NCBI GenBank assembly: GCA_040901675.1
Contig: JBBDYJ010000006.1
Span: 137,538-201,537, forward strand
Direction: 5' to 3'
Origin: Pirellulales bacterium
Lineage (GTDB): Bacteria > Planctomycetota > Planctomycetia > Pirellulales > JAICIG01
DNA: 64,000 bases
Every line of letters starts with the position of its first letter. Position 1 is the stretch's first letter. This document shows, piece after piece, positions 9,298-18,949 of this stretch. Under the pieces are notes generated by a model. It worked only from the letters and a program-made list of their open reading frames with translations, made no database searches and was not told the origin of the DNA. A program made the position numbers and the translations under genes.

Positions 9298-12200
9298 CTA
9301 TTTCGCGGCGCGATAGTCGTGGAGGAGGGCCTCGATGCGGATTTGCACGGGCTGCGTCTGCAAGATCAACAGGCAGCTCGAGGCCGGATCGAAGTGGAGC
9401 ACGGCGGGACCGCCGGCGGTGTCCCAAGTGGCGCCGGCGACCTGGCCGGCAATCCGATCGACAAGCGCCTCGGCCGTCCTGCCGCTGCTCAGAAGGTCGC
9501 CCACGGGATGAAACTCCAGTTCCAGGCGGTCCTTATAGGCGCGCTGGGTGGTGATCTCGAAGGTCCGCTCGTCTACAATCCGCGCCGCCAGGTCCAAGGG
9601 ATCTGTCAGCGCGGCCAGCGCCTGGGACAGCGGTTGCTCGACGACGGAAAGAGTCACGCCCGTTTCTGGCGACAGCCCCTCACCGGCCAGGGCCAGCCCG
9701 TCGAACAGCACGTTCACGCCCGCGACGTTCTGGAAGTGCTCGACGACGCGGCGCAGCGGTGTTTCGTCGGGAAAGGTGGCGGTCACCGAGCTGGCCAGCC
9801 TCGGCCTGGCCCGCGAAAAGCGTGTTTGCAGGGCCGCACTGGCTGCGCTGGGCTGGCTGGGCGAGCGGGCGCGCGCGGCTCGCAGGCGGGTGAGGAAAGC
9901 TTCGATCTGCCGGTGCACCGCCAGCGTTTGCTTCACTTCCAATGCCTGCTCACGGACGCCGATCGTTCCCTCGCCACCCACCCCCCGCCAACTGGTCGGT
10001 TCCAGCAGCCGCTCGACGAGCTGGGCCAACTGCTCGGCGGCCCGCTGGTTGGCGGCCAGGCCGTCGATCGGGTGCGGAATCGTTTCGAAGACCCGCTGCT
10101 GGCGATAGTTGCTGGTCACCAGGAGCTGCCCTTCGACCACGACGTACCCAAGGCCGCGTTCCTGGAGCACCGCGTCGAGTATCTGGCCGATGGTGGCCTC
10201 GGTCATGCGGATCGAGACCTTGTCGTCGGGCCCGACCCCCGCATCGAGCAGGCCTTCGAGATCGAGAGTGATGGGCAGCGTGCTCAACTGGCGGAGCAAG
10301 TCGACGACGTCGGACAGCGCAGCGCGGTCGAGCTCGATGGCGGCGACACGATCGGCCAGGCGGGCTTCGATGTCGGCGGGCGGGTCGTCCGGCCGGCGGT
10401 CTTGGCGGCTGGCGCGGCCGAGTGCTTCGGGCGGGCCGTCCGGCTCCGGCTCGGTTGCTGGCGGCAGCTCGTCGGGTGTGGGATCAACGGGGGCCGATTC
10501 GTCTCCGGGGACATCCAAGGGCCCAGAAAGATCCAAGGGCTCTGTCGGCGGGCCGGCGAGCAGGTCGACGTGCTCGCCGCCGTGAGCGGTCGCGAGCGAC
10601 TCCAGCACGCGAGGGTCGATGTCTTTCGAGAGGAAACGGACCGAGCCATCGGCCATGCCGGCCAGCATGCCGTCGGGCTGGCCGCTGCCAAAGCCGTCAG
10701 GCCCGTTGATGTAGGGCCGCGCCGTGAGGGCGCGGACGGTGGCGTCGCCGCCGGCGGACCAGGAGCCGAGCCGCCCGCTGACGCCCAGGGTTGCAATCGT
10801 GTTGGAGGCGCCGTCGGCGATGTCGTGGCGGCCCAGGCGCCGCTGGTAACCGAAGACGCCGGCGCGCGGGTCGCCGGTGGGCAGCCGCGCGGCGTCGGGG
10901 CCAAGGCCGGCCAGACCCACGTAGTGCGTCACGGGAAAGCCGGCCTCGGTAAATGCCGCGCCAAGGGCGGGGTTGGCGACGAGCGACAGCCGGCGGCGGG
11001 TCACGCGGGCGTTGACCGGATCGTTCCACGGCCGGCCGAAGTTGAGCTCGGCATGCCAATCGAGATGGCCGTAATAGGGCAACAGCGTGGCCATCCAGCT
11101 CAAGCGCGTCTCGGGTGGCAAGAGTGCGGCGCCGGCCGCGCCGGCGGGCAGGGTTTGCTCGACCGTCTCATAACCGGCCAGCGCGGCCAGGAGCTGGCGG
11201 TGATTCTCCTCGTCGATCGGCCGGGCGGCGGCCAACCGCGTGGCCTCCAACACCGGCGCGCTGGCCACCGCGGCGGCGGCCAGCTTCGACAGGTCGCCAT
11301 GCCACTGGGTGCGGACCCAGACGGTTGCCTGGTCGACACCGAGTTGCCGAGTGGCCAGGGCAGCCTGTCCGGCGGTGAGCAACTGCTTGAATTGAGCGGC
11401 CCGCTGGGTGGTGAGCTGGCCGGCGAGCAGGTGCTGGGTGATCTGGTCGCTGTGGGCGGCGATGCTCTTTTCGGCGGCAGCCAAGGCCGCGTCGAGCGAG
11501 GCGTGCAGTTGTTCGGCCGTGCTCTTGCCGTCGCAGAGCAGGTGCATCCGCGTGTCGAGCGTATCTTCCAGATCAGCGGCGTGGAGGTTCAAGCCCAGGG
11601 CCAGCGGCGACTCGAAGACCACTTTCCAGTCGCCGGAAAGGTCGTATGCCGTGTCGACCAAGGGCCACCATCGCGGCCGACCGCCCGCGCGGCGCAGGGC
11701 GGGCAAGTCGACGGCCAGCAGCAGATCGGAGTCGGCATTGAGGACGCTGAGCAAGTGGTCCAGCGCGGGGTTGTCGATGGCTGGCTGCCGGCTGGTCCGC
11801 TCGACCACGGGGCGTAGCACGCCGGCGGCGCCGGTGACTAAGGTCCGCTGGCCGGCCACGACCACCGGGTAAGCCCAGATTTTGGAGGGCGGCTGGTAGC
11901 ACCTGGGGCCTCCGCTGGACCAGTCCAAAGATTGGCAGCCCTGGGGCAGCCGTCCGACCGATTCCAGCGGGCCGGTCAGCTCGACTGCCACCAGGCCTGC
12001 TTCGAGCCAGGCGTCGCGGGGGCCAAGCTGAGTCGTACACGCAGTGACGCGGCTGACCTCGTCCGGCCTGAGCCCGAACGCCAGGTAAAAGCGTTTCAAG
12101 GCATCGCTCAGAGCGGAGCTGCCGGGCAAAGCGCCGTGCGAGAGTTCGGCCACCTCGTCGAGCAGTTGCGGATACGCCTTGCGGCCGGCGTCCGTGGGGC

Positions 12201-12819
12201 GGATGCTCAGCACGGCCTGGGAGCCGGCGGTAATCCAACGTCGCGGGATAGCTGAGTTGGCGCTCTCCGGCGGTTGGTGCTTGGGCCGCGGAGCCGGCTT
12301 GGAAGCAATCGCCTGGGCGGAACGCGGCCGGACAACCGGATCGTCAGGCGCCGGCCGGGAGCTGAAGAAAAGCAGCCCGCCCACCGCAACGATGACCAGA
12401 CCGGCACCGCTGCACAGCAGCCACTTGCCCCAGACCACGGGGGTTGGCAGCGAAGCGGCGGCCGGTGCAGGAGTCGCCGCGGCGGCTGCATCGGGCACTG
12501 CGTTGGGCAACGACGCATCGGCGGCGGCCTGTTCGGCGAGGCTGGCCTGCTCGGAGCCCGGCGGGTCCGCTTGGTCGCTCCAGCGGGGCGCCTTGCGCGG
12601 CAAGGCCGGCAGTGCTGCCGCTGCCGCTGCCGCAGAGGCAGGCGCCGCGGGTGCGACATCGGGCGTGGCGGCCGGCGCGGGTGGCTGCCAGCCCGCCGGC
12701 GCGAGTACCTGCACCATGCTGCCGCACTTCGGGCAGGAGAGAATCTGGCCAATGGCCGCCAGGTCGCGGACTTTCAGGCGGGCGTGGCAGGTGGTGCAGA
12801 TAATCGAGAAGAGTTCCAC
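9298..12819 (-). CDS. Zinc-ribbon / TM / DUF1559 / secretin-N(STN)-like multidomain protein
   Basis: N-terminal CTTC...CPKC zinc ribbon, Pro/Ala linker and one TM. DUF1559 motifs LSWMATLLPY, IADGASNTI and MADGSVRFLSKDID. C-terminal STN-like repeats. Confidence 0.8.
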   Translation of the reverse strand: MELFSIICTTCHARLKVRDLAAIGQILSCPKCGSMVQVLAPAGWQPPAPAATPDVAPAAPASAAAAAAALPALPRKAPRWSDQADPPGSEQASLAEQAAADASLPNAVPDAAAAATPAPAAASLPTPVVWGKWLLCSGAGLVIVAVGGLLFFSSRPAPDDPVVRPRSAQAIASKPAPRPKHQPPESANSAIPRRWITAGSQAVLSIRPTDAGRKAYPQLLDEVAELSHGALPGSSALSDALKRFYLAFGLRPDEVSRVTACTTQLGPRDAWLEAGLVAVELTGPLESVGRLPQGCQSLDWSSGGPRCYQPPSKIWAYPVVVAGQRTLVTGAAGVLRPVVERTSRQPAIDNPALDHLLSVLNADSDLLLAVDLPALRRAGGRPRWWPLVDTAYDLSGDWKVVFESPLALGLNLHAADLEDTLDTRMHLLCDGKSTAEQLHASLDAALAAAEKSIAAHSDQITQHLLAGQLTTQRAAQFKQLLTAGQAALATRQLGVDQATVWVRTQWHGDLSKLAAAAVASAPVLEATRLAAARPIDEENHRQLLAALAGYETVEQTLPAGAAGAALLPPETRLSWMATLLPYYGHLDWHAELNFGRPWNDPVNARVTRRRLSLVANPALGAAFTEAGFPVTHYVGLAGLGPDAARLPTGDPRAGVFGYQRRLGRHDIADGASNTIATLGVSGRLGSWSAGGDATVRALTARPYINGPDGFGSGQPDGMLAGMADGSVRFLSKDIDPRVLESLATAHGGEHVDLLAGPPTEPLDLSGPLDVPGDESAPVDPTPDELPPATEPEPDGPPEALGRASRQDRRPDDPPADIEARLADRVAAIELDRAALSDVVDLLRQLSTLPITLDLEGLLDAGVGPDDKVSIRMTEATIGQILDAVLQERGLGYVVVEGQLLVTSNYRQQRVFETIPHPIDGLAANQRAAEQLAQLVERLLEPTSWRGVGGEGTIGVREQALEVKQTLAVHRQIEAFLTRLRAARARSPSQPSAASAALQTRFSRARPRLASSVTATFPDETPLRRVVEHFQNVAGVNVLFDGLALAGEGLSPETGVTLSVVEQPLSQALAALTDPLDLAARIVDERTFEITTQRAYKDRLELEFHPVGDLLSSGRTAEALVDRIAGQVAGATWDTAGGPAVLHFDPASSCLLILQTQPVQIRIEALLHDYRAAK

Positions 12820-12844
12820 GTCCCGTCTGCCTTTTCAAGCTAAG

Positions 12845-12891
12845 CACCTGCTTCTCGCGGCCGCCAGGGCGGCCACTCCAAGCAGTGGCAC
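12845..12891. repeat. ~48-bp palindromic dispersed repeat (copy 1)
   Basis: CACCTGCTTCTCGCGGCCGCCAGGGCGGCCACTCCAAGCAGTGGCAC matches 22833-22880. Confidence 0.8.
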
Positions 12892-12912
12892 AATGTCCAC
12901 GCAGTGGCAGGT

Positions 12913-15744
12913 CTATTGTAACTCGGGGGGCAGCTTTTCACCCCGTTTTGCCGCCGCGGACCGAGTGGTTATGTAGAGCACCCCCGGGCCGCCATCCTCT
13001 CCGGGTTTACTGACATAAACCAGTTTGCCCGCCGGATTGGCCTCGGCCAGGATCCGCGCCAGGATCGTGCGGGCCGGCAGGTTTCGCTGGTCCAAATCGA
13101 GAATCTGGTTCTTGGTGATGCCTTCGATCTCCAGATCGCTGCCCAGGATCACGATTTCCAGGCCGATGTCGTCACTCAGAAGCTCGATGGCGGCCTCCAA
13201 TGTGTTGGATGGAAAGCTCAACGAAGTCACCTGGTCGAGCCCCTGGGCGGCCGGCGGAGCCGCCCGGACCATGCCGGCGGCGCTGCTGGCGCCGGGGGTT
13301 TCGAGCAATGCCAGATGGCCGCCCAAGGCCAGGTTGTGGGCGGCCGGCGCCGGCAGGTAGGCCCGCAGCACGACCTGCTTGCCGTTCGTACCGGCCCGCG
13401 CATATTGGCCGAGCACGTCGAGCCGGACTGGGAAGTCCCAGAGGACCTCCTTGCTGTAGGCCGAAAGCGACAGATCGCGGAGGTACTGGCTCGCCTGCCG
13501 GCCCAGTCGGCTGACTCGCTGGCGCAGCTCGCGGGCGACCATCGGCGACGGCCTGCCGGCGAAGCTGTTGTAGACGACGAGCTCGAGGAAGAAGTGCTCG
13601 TCCAGGTGCAAGCTCAACATCACGGCCTTGGGCAGTTCAGGCTTCCGCTCGGCATCGCTGAAGGTCAAGAGGGCCTGGAGGGGATCGGCCATGCGCGCGG
13701 CCGGGGTGGCGGCCAGCCCGCCGGCCTGCGGGCCGCCCGTAAAGACAAAGCTCGGCGCCAAGGCGAGCGTGAAATGCCGCTGACGGTCGCTCGCTTCGAG
13801 TAGTATCTCCAGCTCACGCCGCAGTGCAGGGGCCTGTCGGCCGGTGGCGACGATGGCCTCGATCTCGCGGCGAGGCGCTACGACAATCAACCGGTCTTCC
13901 GGATCGCCGGGCAGGTAATAGGCCCGCTGATCACGAACATAAATGGTCCGGCCGCCCGTTTGCTCCGGCGACGGATTTCCCCAGGCGGCCAATAGCTCAT
14001 TCGTCGGCACGGGCGACACGGTTCGTACGACCAGCGCCGTTTCAGGAGCCGGCCCGCCGGTATCGACCAGGCCAAGCAGAACCTGCTCGATGTTGTCCAG
14101 CGACGTGCCGGCTTGCCCGGGCAAGTCGCTCAGGACCGCTTGAGACAAGGGGCCCAGCGTTCGCGGATCGGTTAGCTTGCTCCACTCGTCGTGCTCGACG
14201 AGCTGGGCGGGGGCCAGCGAAACAACGGCCTGCACGCCCGGCGGCAGCCATGCCAGGTCGAGCGGCTCACCAGCCGTCGGCGACTGCCAGATCGGTTCGC
14301 CGTCGAGGCCGTTGATGTCTTCGAGTTTCGTTGCCGGGCCGGCTTGCTCGGAGGGGCCCCTGGCGGGTTTCGGTCTGGAGTCTGCGCCGGCAACGGCGAG
14401 GCTGCCCTCGGACGGCGCGGGGGTTTCCGATGGCTTATCGGCGGTCATAAGCAGGTAAGCCGCGCCGGCAACCACCAGGGCCGCAAGCGCCACGCTGGCC
14501 ACGGACCAGGCAATTTGCGACGAACTCCGCCGGCCCCGCGCGCGGGTCAGGCTGGCCGTCTCGTGGGCAACCACGGGCGGGAAGGCTGGGGCGGCTGCGA
14601 GGGGTAATTCACCGGCTGGCCGCGGCGAGACGGCCACCGGGCGGCTGATCAACGGCTGGGACTGGTTGAACGGTGCGGGCGGCGCGCTGGCCCGATCGAG
14701 CCAGGCGCGGTAGGCCTGCGCTGTGGCAGCGGCGGGCGAGGGCCGCGGGTCCGGACCTGCAAACGGCGCCAACACCTCGGCCGCGGCGGTTGCCTCGTGG
14801 AGTCGCTGCTGGGGGTCGGGGTGCACCAGGCGAGCGACCACGTCGGCCAGGCCTTTGGGCAGGGCCGGTGCAAGCTGCTGGAGTGCCTTGTGAGGGTCGA
14901 TCTGATCGAGATACTCGTGCTGGAGGCCCGCGGCGAGCAGATGGTAGAGCGTCACGGCCAGGCTGTAGACGTCGCCGTGCGGACTAAAAGCGGCGGCCCC
15001 GGAGGAGATTTCCGGCGAAAGGTAGGACTCTTCGCCCAGCGCCGGCGGGGGCGGCTCGGTTGCCAGGGGGTCGTACACGAGAGGGAAGGCCAGCAGCTTC
15101 GTTTCGCCATGCTCGCGGACCCAGAGATTGGCGGGGCGCACCCGGCCATGCACGACGCGCATCTCGTGCAGGCGGGCCAGGCCACGGGCGGCGTGCTCGA
15201 TGATGCGGCAGGCCCGGGCGGGGGCGAGCCGTCCCCGCGAGGTGAGCAATTCCTGGGCGGTCTGGCCTTGCAAGGCTTCGACCGCGATGAACTTGTAGGC
15301 CCCGAGATCGACCAGCTCGTAGCACTCGACCAGGTGGGCGTGAGCCTGGCTGGCGGCCCTGGCGGCGGCCGCCTGTTGGCTGACTCGCAGCAGGGCCTGC
15401 GGATCGGCGAGTGCGGGTCCGGCCAGGAACAGCAAGCAGACTGGGTGGTCGGTGGGCAGGTGGCAGGCGCGGAACAAGCCGGCGAGTCGGCCATCTTCGA
15501 TGCGGTCGAAAACGAGGTAATCGCCGTAAATGAAGGGCCCGGGGCGGCCCGCCAGGAGCACTTTGGCGTGATAGCGGGTCACCGCGCCGGCGGCGACCAG
15601 CCACCGCGCCAGCACTTTGGCATCGTTCTCGGAGGCGGCCGGGTTGGCTTTCTTGCAAGCGGTCCAGTGCTTGCGGCACTCGTTGGCGGTCAGCAGCCGG
15701 CTCTCGACAACGAGGTCGCAGAGGTTCGCGATCGATTGAGCCAT
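12913..15744 (-). CDS. Membrane-anchored Ser/Thr kinase-like protein (probable pseudokinase) with large extracytoplasmic region
   Basis: Start MAQSIANL at 15744; the track ORF upstream of this is the antisense of gdhA. Kinase-fold remnants (HGRVRPANLW, YLSPE, GDVYSLAVTLYHLL), one TM, STN-like C-terminus. Confidence 0.82.
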   Translation of the reverse strand: MAQSIANLCDLVVESRLLTANECRKHWTACKKANPAASENDAKVLARWLVAAGAVTRYHAKVLLAGRPGPFIYGDYLVFDRIEDGRLAGLFRACHLPTDHPVCLLFLAGPALADPQALLRVSQQAAAARAASQAHAHLVECYELVDLGAYKFIAVEALQGQTAQELLTSRGRLAPARACRIIEHAARGLARLHEMRVVHGRVRPANLWVREHGETKLLAFPLVYDPLATEPPPPALGEESYLSPEISSGAAAFSPHGDVYSLAVTLYHLLAAGLQHEYLDQIDPHKALQQLAPALPKGLADVVARLVHPDPQQRLHEATAAAEVLAPFAGPDPRPSPAAATAQAYRAWLDRASAPPAPFNQSQPLISRPVAVSPRPAGELPLAAAPAFPPVVAHETASLTRARGRRSSSQIAWSVASVALAALVVAGAAYLLMTADKPSETPAPSEGSLAVAGADSRPKPARGPSEQAGPATKLEDINGLDGEPIWQSPTAGEPLDLAWLPPGVQAVVSLAPAQLVEHDEWSKLTDPRTLGPLSQAVLSDLPGQAGTSLDNIEQVLLGLVDTGGPAPETALVVRTVSPVPTNELLAAWGNPSPEQTGGRTIYVRDQRAYYLPGDPEDRLIVVAPRREIEAIVATGRQAPALRRELEILLEASDRQRHFTLALAPSFVFTGGPQAGGLAATPAARMADPLQALLTFSDAERKPELPKAVMLSLHLDEHFFLELVVYNSFAGRPSPMVARELRQRVSRLGRQASQYLRDLSLSAYSKEVLWDFPVRLDVLGQYARAGTNGKQVVLRAYLPAPAAHNLALGGHLALLETPGASSAAGMVRAAPPAAQGLDQVTSLSFPSNTLEAAIELLSDDIGLEIVILGSDLEIEGITKNQILDLDQRNLPARTILARILAEANPAGKLVYVSKPGEDGGPGVLYITTRSAAAKRGEKLPPELQ

Positions 15745-15963
15745 GGAGTGGTGGGTTGCCTCAGCCGGCGCGAGAGCGGTTGGAATGCCGTGGGGGCAGG
15801 CGGGTCCGGAGACTGCACCCAATCCGGCGGCGGTTTGCCAGCCGGCCGTGTACGTAAATGTACCGCGCGCCTGGGGAGGGTTGCAAAGTAAATCAATGAC
15901 AACCTTTACAGCCGCTACAACCCCGCATTGAGCCAGTGCGAATCGAAAGATATGATTCTGTCG

Positions 15964-17199
15964 ATGAAGGCTTTCGACACCACGCAGTTGTATTTCAACC
16001 GGGCCGCGGACGAGATTTCGCTTTCGGAAAACATCCGCCGGCTGCTGGTGACGCCCAAACGTGAAGTGCGGGTGCAGGTGGCCATCGAGCGTGACAACGG
16101 CGAAATTGCCACCTTTCTGGGGTACCGGGTGCAGCACGACGACTCGCGCGGGCCGATGAAAGGAGGGCTGCGGTATCACCCGGACGTCAACCTGGACGAG
16201 GTGCGCTCGCTGGCGGCCTTGATGACCTGGAAGACCGCGGTCGTCAACATTCCCTACGGTGGGGCCAAGGGGGGCATCGCCGTCGATCCCAAGACGCTCA
16301 GCCCGCGGGAGCTGGAGCTGATCACGCGGAAGTTCGTGGACGGCATCCACGACCTGATCGGTCCCGATATCGATATCCCGGCCCCGGATATGGGGACCAA
16401 CGACAAGGTGATGGCCTGGTTCATGAACCAGTATGCCAAGTACCACGGGTTCAGCCCGGCCTGCGTGACGGGCAAGCCGGTGGAGATGCACGGGCTGCCG
16501 GGGCGCGAAGAAGCGACCGGGCGGGGCGTGGGGATCCTGACGTACAAGATGCTCAGCCGCCTCAAGCGGAAGCCTACGGAGACCCGCATCGCCTTGCAGG
16601 GTTTCGGGAACGTCGGCTCGCACGCCGCCAAGTTCCTGCACGAAGCGGAATACAAGATCGTGGCGGTCAGCGACCTGAGCGGCGGCTACTACCGGCCCGA
16701 TGGCTTGGACATTCCCGCCGTTTTGCACTATGTCTTGGAGCACCACGGCAGCTTGGCCGGCTACCTCGAGGCAGAGCGGATCACGAACGAAGAGCTGCTG
16801 GAGCTGGATGTCGACTTGCTGATTCCGGCCGCTTTGGGAGGCGTGATCACCATGGAGAATGCCGGGCGGATCAAGGCGCCATTGATCATCGAGGCCGCCA
16901 ACGCTCCGATCGATTACGACGGCGACCAGATCCTGCGTGAGCATGGCGTGACGGTCTTGCCTGACATTCTGGCCAATGCGGGCGGGGTGACGGCCAGCTA
17001 TTTCGAGTGGGTCCAGAACCGGCAGCACTATCAATGGGGACTGAGCCGGGTGCGGCAGGAACTGGACCACGTGTTGACGGAGGCGTTCGAACGGGTGTGG
17101 GAGATGTCGGTCGAGCGGAAAGTCAGTTTGCGGACGGCGGCATACATTCTTGGCATCGGCCGCGTCGGGCGTGCCACGGTATTGGGAGGAATAACATGA
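15964..17199 (+). CDS. gdhA: Glutamate dehydrogenase (Glu/Leu/Phe/Val dehydrogenase)
   Basis: [39 protein letters not shown] and ILANAGGV motifs. Confidence 0.96.
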   Translation: MKAFDTTQLYFNRAADEISLSENIRRLLVTPKREVRVQVAIERDNGEIATFLGYRVQHDDSRGPMKGGLRYHPDVNLDEVRSLAALMTWKTAVVNIPYGGAKGGIAVDPKTLSPRELELITRKFVDGIHDLIGPDIDIPAPDMGTNDKVMAWFMNQYAKYHGFSPACVTGKPVEMHGLPGREEATGRGVGILTYKMLSRLKRKPTETRIALQGFGNVGSHAAKFLHEAEYKIVAVSDLSGGYYRPDGLDIPAVLHYVLEHHGSLAGYLEAERITNEELLELDVDLLIPAALGGVITMENAGRIKAPLIIEAANAPIDYDGDQILREHGVTVLPDILANAGGVTASYFEWVQNRQHYQWGLSRVRQELDHVLTEAFERVWEMSVERKVSLRTAAYILGIGRVGRATVLGGIT

Positions 17200-17741
17200 A
17201 GACCGAATCGCTTCCGTTCGAGATCCTGAGGCGGATCCCGATTTTTCGCGGATTGTCGGAATCGGAGTGCCGGCAGTTGGCCGAGACGGCCGCGACGGTG
17301 GAGTTCGCTGCCGGCCAGGAAGTGCTGGAACAGGGTCGGCGCAGCCAGCAGTTGTGGGTGCTGCTGGAAGGGACGTGCGAGGTCATCAAGCGGCTGCCCG
17401 GCGGCGAGCGAGCGCCGGAGCCGATCGTGCTGGCCACGCTGGCGCCTTACAGCAATTTCGGCGAGATGTCGTTTTTCCACTCGGCGCCGCACTCGGCCAG
17501 CGTGAGGGCAAAAACGCGGGTGAAGCTGCTGCTGATCGAGCGCTCCGACTTCGATGCGCTGGTCAGCGGCGAGGCGTCGGCCGCCTGCAAGTTGGCCATC
17601 AACACGGTGGCCAGCCTGGCCGAGCGCTTGCGGCGCATGGACGACTGGGTGGCCGAGCTGCTGGCCAACGGCACCGCTACCCAGCGCGTGCCGGAGTGGA
17701 ACCAGTTGCGATCGACGCTTTTCGACGGCTGGACGCTGTAG
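17196..17741 (+). CDS. Stand-alone cyclic-nucleotide-binding-domain protein (no HTH)
   Basis: IPIFRGLS...FGEMSFF...SASVRA pattern; ATGA overlap with the gdhA stop. Confidence 0.88.
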   Translation: MKTESLPFEILRRIPIFRGLSESECRQLAETAATVEFAAGQEVLEQGRRSQQLWVLLEGTCEVIKRLPGGERAPEPIVLATLAPYSNFGEMSFFHSAPHSASVRAKTRVKLLLIERSDFDALVSGEASAACKLAINTVASLAERLRRMDDWVAELLANGTATQRVPEWNQLRSTLFDGWTL

Positions 17742-17776
17742 TTCGTAGTGACCCGATGAATGCGGTCACTACGAAC
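17741..17776. terminator. Perfect 13-bp hairpin between convergent genes (GTAG-containing REP / bidirectional terminator)
   Basis: GTTCGTAGTGACC-N10-GGTCACTACGAAC. Confidence 0.7.
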
Positions 17777-17778
17777 GC

Positions 17779-18858
17779 CTAATGATCGTAGGGCGTGCCG
17801 GTGGTAACGGGCCGCGGGCCGGCGGGCGAGTGTACGACGTCGTTGAGGATTTCGGCCGCGACGTCGATATCGGCCCGGCTCACGTCGAGGTGGGCCACGG
17901 CGCGCATCGACTGGCCGCCGAAGCCGCCGATCAACAGCCCGCGCTGACGCAGCCGGGCCGCCAGGTCGGCCGCGGTGCCCAGCCGCGGCTCGACGCGAAA
18001 GATCACCAGGTTCGTTTCCACCTCCGGCGGCCGAAGCTCCAGCCCCGGGATGTTGCGGATGGCATCGGCCAGCCGCCGGGCGTTGGCATGATCGTCGGCC
18101 AGCCGCTCGACGTGGTTCTCCAACGCGTACAGCGCCCCGGCGGCGATCACGCCGGCCTGCCGCATGCCGCCGCCGAACAGCTTGCGGTGCCGCAAGGCCA
18201 GGTCGATCAGCTCGCGAGGGCCGGCCAGCGCGGAACCGACCGGCGCGCCCAGCCCCTTGGAGAAACAGACGCTCACCGTGTCGAAGTGGCTGGCCCACCG
18301 GGAGGCCGCAATGCCGGTCGCCACCACCGCATTGAACAGCCGCGCGCCGTCCAGGTGCACGCGGAGCCCGTGCGAGCGGGCCCAGGCGCTGATCGCCTCC
18401 ACGGTCGCGTAGGGCTGCACCCGGCCGCCGCCGCGGTTGTGCGTGTTTTCCAGGCAGACCAGCCGCGTGCGTACCAGGTGGGGGTTCGGCGGCCGCACCA
18501 GCCCCGCAAGCTGCTCGACCGACATAACGCCGTAGTCGCCTTCGACGGTCCTGGCCACCAGGCCGCTCAGTTGCGCGAAAGCGCCTTGCTCGTAGTTGTA
18601 GATGTGGCAGTTGGCCTCGCAGATGAACTCGTCGCCCGGCGCGCAGTGGACGCGCAGGGCAATCTGGTTCGACATGCTCCCCGAAGGCACGAAAAGGGCC
18701 GCCTCCTTGCCCAGCATCTCGGCCAGGCGGACTTGCAGGCGGTTGACGGTGGGGTCCTCCGCGAAGACGTCGTCGCCGACTTCGGCGGAGGCGATGGCGG
18801 CCCGCATGGCGGGGGTGGGCCTGGTCGCGGTATCGCTGCGCAGGTCGATAAATCGCAT
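17779..18858 (-). CDS. ltaE: Low-specificity L-threonine aldolase
   Basis: IDLRSDT, PSGSMSNQ, LENTHN, HLDGARLFNA and CFSKGLGAPVGS motifs. Confidence 0.95.
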   Translation of the reverse strand: MRFIDLRSDTATRPTPAMRAAIASAEVGDDVFAEDPTVNRLQVRLAEMLGKEAALFVPSGSMSNQIALRVHCAPGDEFICEANCHIYNYEQGAFAQLSGLVARTVEGDYGVMSVEQLAGLVRPPNPHLVRTRLVCLENTHNRGGGRVQPYATVEAISAWARSHGLRVHLDGARLFNAVVATGIAASRWASHFDTVSVCFSKGLGAPVGSALAGPRELIDLALRHRKLFGGGMRQAGVIAAGALYALENHVERLADDHANARRLADAIRNIPGLELRPPEVETNLVIFRVEPRLGTAADLAARLRQRGLLIGGFGGQSMRAVAHLDVSRADIDVAAEILNDVVHSPAGPRPVTTGTPYDH

Positions 18859-18949
18859 GGTTGACGATTGTAACATGCATGCAGGCGGTGAACCATTGCG
18901 GCCTCGGCGGGTCTTTCACAGCGTGGGGGGCCAAGTCAGAATGGTACGA

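Noticed and set aside
12913..17070. 1385-aa ORF as a single giant kinase fusion
   Set aside because: Its first 442 codons are the antisense of gdhA plus spacer; protein-like sequence starts at ATG 15744.
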